Source of the DNA: Bacteroidaceae bacterium
Lineage (GTDB): Bacteria; Bacteroidota; Bacteroidia; Bacteroidales; Bacteroidaceae
Length of the DNA: 64,000 bases
NCBI GenBank assembly: GCA_017522785.1
Contig: JAFWYF010000004.1
Location: 55,480 to 119,479 of the forward strand
Direction of reading: 5' to 3'
The notes under the pieces are model-generated. The model was given only the letters and a program-made list of their open reading frames with translations. It did no database searches and was not told the DNA's origin. Position numbers and translations under genes: made by a program. Of this stretch, positions 56,580-64,000 are shown in pieces (position 1 is the stretch's first letter; each line of letters opens with the position of its first letter).

Positions 56580-58913
56580 ATGCAAAAGAATTTAGTAATA
56601 GTAGAGTCCCCCGCAAAGGCAAAGACAATAGAAAAATTTCTTGGAAAAGAGTATAAGGTGCTGTCGAGTTATGGACACATCTGCGACCTTAAAAAGAAAG
56701 AGTTCAGTATTAACACCGACACCTTTGAACCTGTTTATGAGATACCAAAGGAGAAGGAGAAACTGGTAGCTACATTAAAGAGCGAAGCAAAAAAGGCCGA
56801 TACTGTATGGCTCGCATCCGATGAAGACCGCGAAGGAGAGGCTATTAGCTGGCATCTATACACTGTTCTTGGATTAAACCCCGAGAATACCAAACGCATT
56901 GTATTTCACGAGATTACAAAAAACGCCATACTAAATGCAATTGAAACACCGCGCGATATAAATACAAACCTTGTGTATGCTCAACAAGCCCGTCGAGTGC
57001 TCGACCGTATTGTTGGTTTTAAATTATCACCTGTACTATGGCGAAAAATTAAGCCGGCACTATCGGCAGGACGTGTTCAATCGGTTGCAGTGCGTCTTAT
57101 TGTAGAGCGTGAACGCGAAATTAACAAGTTTGTCAGCGAATCGGGATATAGAATTACTGCACAGTTCGAATTGCCCAATGAAAGCAAGCCTCTTTCAACC
57201 GAATTGTCTAAGCGTTTTGCAACACGTGCCGAAGCAGAGCTATTTTTGGAGTCTTGCAAAGGTGCTGAGTTCACTATAGAGGATATTAGCACAAAACCTC
57301 TGAAGAAAAGCCCGGCAGCGCCATTTACCACATCGACACTGCAACAAGAGGCTGCTCGCAAATTAGGTTTCACAGTATCGCAAACCATGATGGTGGCACA
57401 ACGTCTCTATGAGTCGGGATATATCACATACATGCGTACCGATTCGGTAAACCTATCCTCTTTATGTCTTGGCTCTTGCAAAAAGGTTATCACCGAAACA
57501 TACGGAGAGAACTATCTAAAGACAAGACAATATGCCACAAGTTCAAAAGGAGCACAAGAGGCACACGAGGCAATTCGCCCAACATACATGGAGAATGTAA
57601 CAATAGAGGGTTCTGTACCCGAAAAACGTCTCTATGAACTTATCAGAAAACGTACCATAGCATCGCAAATGGCCGATGCTCAGGTTGAAAAAACCATTGT
57701 AAACATATCTATTGGCGGTCACGAAGAGTACTTTATAGCAACAGGTGAAGTAACAATCTTCGACGGTTTCTTGCATGTATACAAAGAATCAACCGACGAG
57801 GAGAACAACCCCGACGCAATTGCTCTTCCAATAATGAATAAGGGAGATATTTTACAAGTAACCGAGATTACCGCTACAGAACGTTTCACACAACATCCTG
57901 CACGCTACACCGAAGCAAGCCTTGTGCGCAAGTTAGAGGAGTTGGGAATTGGACGACCTTCGACCTATGCACCAACTATAAGCACTATACAACAACGTGG
58001 ATATGTCGAGAAGGGCAACAAGAGTGGTACTACTCGCAAATACGATATTATCACTCTTAAAGGCAATAAGATAACTGCAAAAGAGGGAAAAGAGAATGTA
58101 GGAGCAGAGAAAGCAAAACTTTTGCCTACAGACATTGGCATGGTAGTAAACGATTTTCTGTTGGAATACTTCCCCGAAATAATGGATTACAACTTCACTG
58201 CAACAGTAGAGAAAGATTTCGACGACATTGCCGATGGCAAAAAGCAATGGGTGAGCCTTATTAAGGATTTCTACACCGATTTTGAACCTCAAATTGAAAA
58301 TATCATTCAAACAAAGAATGAGCACAAGGTTGGAGAACGTGTATTGGGCGACGACCCGACAAGCGGAAAACCTGTATCGGTGAAGATAGGTCGTTTTGGT
58401 CCTATTGTACAGATTGGTTCGGCTAACGACACCGAGAAGCCACGTTTTGCACAGATGAAACCCGGACAATCGTTGGAAACCATCACGTTGGAGGAGGCTT
58501 TGGGATTGTTTAGCTTGCCACGCACGCTGGGAGAATTTGAGGGAGAGAGTGTTACTATAGGAGCAGGTCGCTTTGGACCATATATTAAACTTGGTGCATC
58601 GTATGTCTCTTTGCCTAAGACCCACGACCCAATGACAATCTCACTGGAAGAGGCTATAGAGCTAATCATCGAAAAGCGTCAAGCCGAGGCTAAACGAGTC
58701 ATAAAGACATTTGACGAAGAGCCCGACCTACAAGTGCTAAACGGACGTTTCGGACCATACATAGCATATAAAAAGAGCAACTACAAACTACCAAAAACAG
58801 TGGTTCCTGCAGAACTTTCGCTCGAAGAGTGCATGGATATAATAAAGAAACAGGATACCAACGAAGAACCTGCAACCAAAGGACGTAAACGATACACCAA
58901 AAAGAGTAAATGA
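56580..58913 (+). CDS. topA: DNA topoisomerase I
   Basis: Start is set to MQKNLVIVESPAKAKTIEKFLG (Toprim). Active-site region GYITYMRTDS. The C-terminus has repeated GRFGPY segments. Confidence 0.95.
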   Translation: MQKNLVIVESPAKAKTIEKFLGKEYKVLSSYGHICDLKKKEFSINTDTFEPVYEIPKEKEKLVATLKSEAKKADTVWLASDEDREGEAISWHLYTVLGLNPENTKRIVFHEITKNAILNAIETPRDINTNLVYAQQARRVLDRIVGFKLSPVLWRKIKPALSAGRVQSVAVRLIVEREREINKFVSESGYRITAQFELPNESKPLSTELSKRFATRAEAELFLESCKGAEFTIEDISTKPLKKSPAAPFTTSTLQQEAARKLGFTVSQTMMVAQRLYESGYITYMRTDSVNLSSLCLGSCKKVITETYGENYLKTRQYATSSKGAQEAHEAIRPTYMENVTIEGSVPEKRLYELIRKRTIASQMADAQVEKTIVNISIGGHEEYFIATGEVTIFDGFLHVYKESTDEENNPDAIALPIMNKGDILQVTEITATERFTQHPARYTEASLVRKLEELGIGRPSTYAPTISTIQQRGYVEKGNKSGTTRKYDIITLKGNKITAKEGKENVGAEKAKLLPTDIGMVVNDFLLEYFPEIMDYNFTATVEKDFDDIADGKKQWVSLIKDFYTDFEPQIENIIQTKNEHKVGERVLGDDPTSGKPVSVKIGRFGPIVQIGSANDTEKPRFAQMKPGQSLETITLEEALGLFSLPRTLGEFEGESVTIGAGRFGPYIKLGASYVSLPKTHDPMTISLEEAIELIIEKRQAEAKRVIKTFDEEPDLQVLNGRFGPYIAYKKSNYKLPKTVVPAELSLEECMDIIKKQDTNEEPATKGRKRYTKKSK

Positions 58914-59437
58914 CACGCATAATACTCATAGGTTACATGGGAGCCGGCAAAACAACACTTGGACGCGCTCTAGCCGATGAACTCGGCCTCACATTCATAG
59001 ACCTCGACCATTTTATCGAGGAACGCTTTCACAAAAGTATCAGAGATATTTTTGCAGAGCAAGGCGAGTCTGAGTTCCGTCGTATTGAGCAACGTATGTT
59101 GCACGAGGTTGCCGAATTTGAGGATGTTGTAATATCTACCGGCGGAGGAACACCATGTTTCTTCGACAACATCGATTACATGAACCAAATGGGAACAACG
59201 GTCTATTTGAATGTACCTGTTGAGCGTCTTTTTATTCGTTTGAGTATCGCTCGCAAACAACGTCCTTTGATTAAAGACAAGAACGATGCAGAGTTACACA
59301 ATTTCATCGAAGAACAATTGGCTTTGCGCGAACCCTACTACAAAAAAGCACACCACACATTTACAGCCGACAAGTTAGAGGATAAAACTCAGATTTCGGC
59401 TTCGGTAGAGACATTCCGCCGACAATTCGATTTATAA
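58910..59437 (+). CDS. aroK: shikimate kinase
   Basis: IILIGYMGAGKTTLGRALA (Walker A) and ISTGGG. ATGA overlap with the topA stop. Confidence 0.9.
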   Translation: MTRIILIGYMGAGKTTLGRALADELGLTFIDLDHFIEERFHKSIRDIFAEQGESEFRRIEQRMLHEVAEFEDVVISTGGGTPCFFDNIDYMNQMGTTVYLNVPVERLFIRLSIARKQRPLIKDKNDAELHNFIEEQLALREPYYKKAHHTFTADKLEDKTQISASVETFRRQFDL

Positions 59438-59467
59438 CCCTATTACTAACGCAAACATCACACTGAC

Positions 59468-61363
59468 ATGAGAAAATGGCGCATTGAGGACTCCGAGGAA
59501 CTTTACAACATAAATGGTTGGGGAGCATCCTACTTCAGCATCAATGAAAAGGGTAATGTTGCTGTTACCCCTAAAAAGAACGGTGTTTCAATAGACTTAA
59601 GAGAGCTAATGAACGAGTTACAACTACGCGATGTTGTAGCCCCGGTACTTATCCGTTTTCCCGACATTCTCGACAACCGAATAGAAAAGATTTCGGGTTG
59701 TTTCAAAATTGCGGCACAAGAGTATAATTACAAAGGCGAAAACTTTATTGTCTACCCGATAAAGGTGAACCAGATGCGTCCTGTTGTTGAGGAAATCATG
59801 AGCCATGGTAAGAAATATAACATTGGCTTGGAGGCAGGTTCAAAACCCGAACTACATGCAGTCATTGCCATGAATGCCGACAGCGATTCACTAATAATCT
59901 GCAATGGCTATAAGGATGACAGTTATATCGAACTGGCACTTTTGGCCCAGAAGATGGGACGTCGCATATTCTTGGTTGTAGAAAAACTGAACGAGCTGAA
60001 ACGTATTGCAAAGATTGGCAAACGTTTGGGAGTGCGTCCAAACATTGGTATTCGAATTAAATTGGCATCGGAAGGCAGTGGCAAATGGGAAGAGAGCGGC
60101 GGCGATGCAAGCAAGTTTGGTTTGACATCGAGTGAGTTGCTCGAAGCACTGGAGATTCTTGCAAAATATGATATTAACGATTGCTTGAAACTTATTCACT
60201 TTCATATAGGTAGCCAAGTTACAAGAATACGCCACATTAAGACAGCGCTTCGCGAGGCATCGCAGTTCTATGTACAATTGCGCAAATTGGGCTACAACAT
60301 TGAGTTTACCGACATAGGCGGAGGATTAGGTGTCGATTACGATGGTACCCGTTCTTCGAGCAGTGAAAGTAGTGTAAACTACTCTATTCAGGAGTATGTA
60401 AACGATGCTATCTTTACATTTGTGGATGCTGCTGACAAGAACAATATTCCACACCCCAATATTATTACCGAGAGCGGACGTTCAGTTTCGGCACATCATG
60501 CTATTTTGGTGTTCGAGGTGCTGGAAACAGCCGCCCTACCCCAAATGGACGAAGATTGGGAGGTGGGAGCAAACGACCACGATTTAGTTAAGGAGTTGTA
60601 CAAGATTTGGTGCGAACTGGACCAACGAACAATGCTGGAGGCACTACACGATGCACAGCAAATTCGCGAAGAGGCTTTGGAGTTGTTCAGCCATGGAATT
60701 GTAGACCTTAAGACACGTGCACAGATTGAGAGTATGTTCTGGAGCGTAACACGCGAAATTTTGGCTATAGCAAAGAACATGAAACATGTTCCCGACGATT
60801 TTCGCAAATTGCCAAAGTTGCTTGCCGACAAATATTTCTGCAACTTCTCGCTATTCCAGAGCCTGCCCGACAGCTGGGGTATAGACCAGTTCTTCCCTAT
60901 AATGCCTATTCACCGTTTGGATGAACGTCCCGACCGCAGTTGTACAATACAGGACATGACCTGCGACAGCGATGGCAAGATTACCGATTTCATAAACTAC
61001 AACAGCAAAGCCGACTCACTAAAAGTTCACAAAGTTAAGGCTAGCGAACCCTACTACCTTGGTGTGTTCCTTGTAGGTGCCTATCAGGAGATTTTAGGAG
61101 ACATGCATAACCTCTTTGGCGACACCAATGCTGTCCATGTGAGTGTAGATGATGAGGGATATAGCATTGACAAGATTATTGATGGCGAAACAATAGCCGA
61201 TGTGCTCGACTATGTTCAGTACGATGCACGCAAACTTGTGCGTACACTTGAGCGTTGGGTAACAAGTGCAGTGAAAGAGGGACGTATCAGTTTAGAAGAG
61301 GGCAAAGAGTTCCTATCGAACTACCGTTCGGGACTTTACGGCTACACCTATTTGGAGACATGA
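59468..61363 (+). CDS. speA: biosynthetic arginine decarboxylase
   Basis: 631 aa. PLP-lysine region YPIKVNQ, HFHIGSQ, DIGGGLGVDY, and the C-terminal SpeA-specific extension. Confidence 0.95.
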   Translation: MRKWRIEDSEELYNINGWGASYFSINEKGNVAVTPKKNGVSIDLRELMNELQLRDVVAPVLIRFPDILDNRIEKISGCFKIAAQEYNYKGENFIVYPIKVNQMRPVVEEIMSHGKKYNIGLEAGSKPELHAVIAMNADSDSLIICNGYKDDSYIELALLAQKMGRRIFLVVEKLNELKRIAKIGKRLGVRPNIGIRIKLASEGSGKWEESGGDASKFGLTSSELLEALEILAKYDINDCLKLIHFHIGSQVTRIRHIKTALREASQFYVQLRKLGYNIEFTDIGGGLGVDYDGTRSSSSESSVNYSIQEYVNDAIFTFVDAADKNNIPHPNIITESGRSVSAHHAILVFEVLETAALPQMDEDWEVGANDHDLVKELYKIWCELDQRTMLEALHDAQQIREEALELFSHGIVDLKTRAQIESMFWSVTREILAIAKNMKHVPDDFRKLPKLLADKYFCNFSLFQSLPDSWGIDQFFPIMPIHRLDERPDRSCTIQDMTCDSDGKITDFINYNSKADSLKVHKVKASEPYYLGVFLVGAYQEILGDMHNLFGDTNAVHVSVDDEGYSIDKIIDGETIADVLDYVQYDARKLVRTLERWVTSAVKEGRISLEEGKEFLSNYRSGLYGYTYLET

Positions 61364-61365
61364 TA

Positions 61366-62139
61366 ATGAAAGAGAAATTAACCATTATAAAAGTTGGAGG
61401 AAAGATTGTCGAGGAGAAGGAAAGCCTCGATAATCTTCTCAACAACTTTGCAAACATAGAGGGTTGCAAGATACTTATTCATGGTGGTGGACGTTCGGCA
61501 ACACGCATTGCCGAGAAACTAGGCATAGAGAGTCGCATGATAGATGGTAGACGCATCACCGACGAACCAATGTTGCAGGTTGTTACCATGGTCTATGGTG
61601 GATTGGTTAATAAGAACATTGTTGCAGGCCTGCAGGCACGAGGTGTGAATGCTTTGGGGCTTACAGGTGCCGATTGCAATGTACTACAAGCACACAAACG
61701 CATATCGGAAACAATCGATTGGGGCTATGTTGGCGATGTAGACAAGGCCAATGAAACCATGTTCGACAAACTTATTAAGCAGGGTATTGTGCCCATTATG
61801 GCTCCACTGACACACGACGGAAAAGGCAATCTATTAAATACAAATGCCGATACCATTGCTTCGGAAACGGCAAAAGGTGTTGCTAACCTTTATGATGTTA
61901 CACTCATTTACTGCTTTGAACATCCGGGAGTTATGCGTAACCCCAACGACCCTGCAAGTGTCATTCAAAAGATAGATAGCAACAACTACAAGGAACTGCT
62001 GGAGGAGGGTGTTGTAAGTGGAGGCATGATTCCAAAGATAGACAATGCATTCAATGCTCTAAAAGGTGGTGTATCAAAGGTCATTATCACCAAAGCCGAT
62101 GCAATAGATGGTATTTCCGGCACACACATTGTTCTATAA
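61366..62139 (+). CDS. argB: acetylglutamate kinase
   Basis: Start is set to MKEKLTIIKVGGKIVEE (an alternative ATG at 61360 overlaps the speA stop). Amino-acid kinase fold motifs HGGG and NTNAD. Confidence 0.85.
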   Translation: MKEKLTIIKVGGKIVEEKESLDNLLNNFANIEGCKILIHGGGRSATRIAEKLGIESRMIDGRRITDEPMLQVVTMVYGGLVNKNIVAGLQARGVNALGLTGADCNVLQAHKRISETIDWGYVGDVDKANETMFDKLIKQGIVPIMAPLTHDGKGNLLNTNADTIASETAKGVANLYDVTLIYCFEHPGVMRNPNDPASVIQKIDSNNYKELLEEGVVSGGMIPKIDNAFNALKGGVSKVIITKADAIDGISGTHIVL

Positions 62140-62140
62140 T

Positions 62141-62851
62141 ATGACCCTTAAGAAGAGCATTATTACAGACAAAAAATACGGAAGAATTGAGATTACTCGC
62201 AACCCCAGAGCACGTCGCATCATAATGCGTGTTAAAGAGGGATGTATATGCATAACACTACCGGTAATTGCATCGGAGAAAGAGGTTCAAAAGATTCTTG
62301 ACAAATATGGCGACAGATTGCTGATACAGAAAAACAGACAGCCACAAAGAAAAATAGATTTTGAATATAGCATCGATGCCGATAATTTTTCTCTGCGCCT
62401 ATTTCCCGGCAACAACAATAGATTTCAGATAAAAAGAGAGGATGAGCAAAGATTCACTCTTATATGCCCTGCCGATTGTGATTTCACCGATGCAAAAACA
62501 AATGAGTTTCTGCGCAAAGTAATTAAATCGGTTATTCGCAAACGAGCAAAGGAGGTGTTGCCGGCACGCCTAACCTATTTTGCAAAAAAACATGGGTTTA
62601 GCTTTATGGATGTTAAGGTACGCGACAGCCACACTCGCTGGGGCAGTTGTAGCAACAAAGGCAATATCAGCCTTAGCATGTATCTGATGATGTTGAGTAA
62701 TGAACTCATAGATTATGTTCTGCTACATGAATTGTGCCACACAAAAGAGATGAATCATAGCGACTCTTTTTGGAAACTGCTAGATAGTGTAACAGCATCA
62801 CGAGCAAAAGCATTAAGAGCCGAGTTAAAGAGGCACCACACCACTTTCTAA
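62141..62851 (+). CDS. YgjP-like (DUF45/M48-related) metal-dependent hydrolase
   Basis: Start is set to MTLKKSIITD. Contains SHTRWGSCS and the HExxH motif HELCHTKEMNHS. Confidence 0.8.
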   Translation: MTLKKSIITDKKYGRIEITRNPRARRIIMRVKEGCICITLPVIASEKEVQKILDKYGDRLLIQKNRQPQRKIDFEYSIDADNFSLRLFPGNNNRFQIKREDEQRFTLICPADCDFTDAKTNEFLRKVIKSVIRKRAKEVLPARLTYFAKKHGFSFMDVKVRDSHTRWGSCSNKGNISLSMYLMMLSNELIDYVLLHELCHTKEMNHSDSFWKLLDSVTASRAKALRAELKRHHTTF

Positions 62852-63759
62852 AGTATATCAGGTTCTGCAACCTGTTCACCCAATTCGCTCCATGGCTTAT
62901 GCACAGGCGGAGTGCAACGATTCAATTTAATTATTAACCACAACGTTATCACAGCAAAGACAATAGTACTTTGTAATATCATTATATTGTTCTGTTGCGA
63001 ATATATTTCTTCCTCTGCACCCGAGAAGAAGAGTAAAGAGAGACATGCCAAAGAGTTATTCAACACATGCCCTATTACAACAGGCAACAGACTGCCGGTG
63101 CGATAGTAAATCCAACCGAGGATAAAGCCCAACAACGATGCGTAAATAACCTGTATTGGGTTAAGGTGAAAAACACCAAACACCAACGAAGCCACTAATA
63201 TTCCCACATAGGGATTTTTGTAGTTACGCATAAGGTAGCCCTGAATAGCTCCACGAAACATTACCTCTTCGAGTATAGGAGCCAATAGTGTCATAGACAG
63301 TATTCCTAATGGATTGTGCGAAAGACTCTCAAATGTATCTTCCATTAAATCGGGTATGGGATAGTAGATATCTACAAACTGAACAAGATTGTTCAGGAAC
63401 AACATAGAGAAAAAAACCAGTGCAACAGCCACAAACAGCACTTTTCCTTTTATTGCAGTAAATGTTGTCTTGCGCACCTTAACAAGCCCCGATAGAAATA
63501 TTATGAATAGCATTACAAGTGCCGAGAAAAACAGAGCAGAGGCTATTGCCCACACTCCATAATCGGAAGCAACTAACATGTTCTGAAATTCCTCGAATGA
63601 GATTTTGCTACCTAAGTCGGATAGTGAAACATTGATAGTTCCATCCATGCAGGCAACTACACCTGCCACCACATAAGCAACAAACGCGAACCCTCCCTGC
63701 AAAAGAGTGTAAAGGAGTAGCAAACCCAGAACAACTAATGCCGATTTTAAAAATTTCAT
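62848..63759 (-). CDS. CPBP family intramembrane glutamic endopeptidase (CAAX protease-like)
   Basis: Polytopic, with motifs EEVMFRG, FGVFH and HVLNN. Confidence 0.8.
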   Translation of the reverse strand: MKFLKSALVVLGLLLLYTLLQGGFAFVAYVVAGVVACMDGTINVSLSDLGSKISFEEFQNMLVASDYGVWAIASALFFSALVMLFIIFLSGLVKVRKTTFTAIKGKVLFVAVALVFFSMLFLNNLVQFVDIYYPIPDLMEDTFESLSHNPLGILSMTLLAPILEEVMFRGAIQGYLMRNYKNPYVGILVASLVFGVFHLNPIQVIYASLLGFILGWIYYRTGSLLPVVIGHVLNNSLACLSLLFFSGAEEEIYSQQNNIMILQSTIVFAVITLWLIIKLNRCTPPVHKPWSELGEQVAEPDIL

Positions 63760-64000
63760 AATACCATATTATTGTTTTTCAATACATCGGAAACATCTTT
63801 CTCTATTTGACGGCGCAACTCTTCGAGTGAGGCAAAACGTATTTCTTCGCGCAAACGACGTACAAACTGCACTCTGACATTGCAATCGTAAATATCTCCG
63901 CTGAAATTTATTATAAAGACCTCTACTGTGCGCTCATCGGCTCCAAGCGTAGGCTTATGTCCAATATTCATTACACCCACATAACGCTCGCCGTTTATTT
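63756..64000 (-). CDS. ribF: bifunctional riboflavin kinase/FAD synthetase, C-terminal riboflavin kinase part; 5' end lies outside the window
   Basis: NIGHKPTLGADERTVEVFIINFSGDIYDCNVRVQFVRRLREEIRFASLEELRRQIEKD is the canonical riboflavin kinase C-terminus. The ORF is open to the window edge. Confidence 0.85.
   Translation of the reverse strand, partial: INGERYVGVMNIGHKPTLGADERTVEVFIINFSGDIYDCNVRVQFVRRLREEIRFASLEELRRQIEKDVSDVLKNNNMVL

Noticed and set aside
1-64000. A scan for CRISPR arrays, rRNA, tRNA, tmRNA, IS elements and long dispersed repeats.
   Set aside because: No regularly spaced direct repeats, no tRNA cloverleaf-like or rRNA-like conserved stretches, and no transposase or integrase ORFs were recognised. 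The only repeats found are the short ones listed as features. A tRNAscan/Infernal run would be needed to be certain.

Overview
This 64-kb chromosomal segment reads as Bacteroidota, order Bacteroidales. That is inferred from signal peptides cleaved before Gln (the Bacteroidetes Q-rule), lipoboxes, TAnnTTTG-type promoter motifs, three T9SS C-terminal sorting domains, GH92/GH29 glycosidases and overall gene content. A Prevotellaceae-like host is plausible but cannot be shown from this window. I count about 50 densely packed protein-coding genes and recognise no rRNA, tRNA, CRISPR array, transposase or integrase. Most of the window is housekeeping or ordinary envelope and carbohydrate functions: two tandem GH92 mannosidases, a TolC-MFP-RND efflux operon, an ABC-F ATPase, a GH29 fucosidase plus a T9SS cargo protein, ROK glucokinase, tcdA, lolD, rsgA, frr, rplS, a split 5'-nucleotidase, a TlpA-like thioredoxin, upp, pckA, an S41 protease, coaD, parE, a CaCA antiporter, gpmI, a NUDIX hydrolase, a TPR protein plus beta-barrel, topA, aroK, speA, argB, a CPBP protease and ribF. 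The stand-out is a nine-gene minus-strand operon at 16460-27472. It is built around a 1032-aa protein carrying tubulin/FtsZ signature motifs (GGTGSG), a long helical region and a C-terminal GYF-like domain bracketed by polyproline tracts. Its partners are a zinc-ribbon/TM/(Pro-X)19 TonB-like anchor, two polytopic membrane proteins (one with a ribosomal L7/L12-CTD-like module) and five consecutive exported proteins with no recognisable family. I know of no characterised system with this composition. Secondary observations:
- Two tandem paralogous roughly 50-codon ORFs lie below the ORF-track cutoff at 46261-46717.
- A T9SS cargo gene is compositionally mosaic.
- There is an orphan T9SS sorting-domain remnant.
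- A duplicated hairpin motif sits upstream of the operon.
- A recurrent TATCTTCGCA promoter-like motif precedes several genes.

All family calls come from motif recognition by eye. No database search was run.
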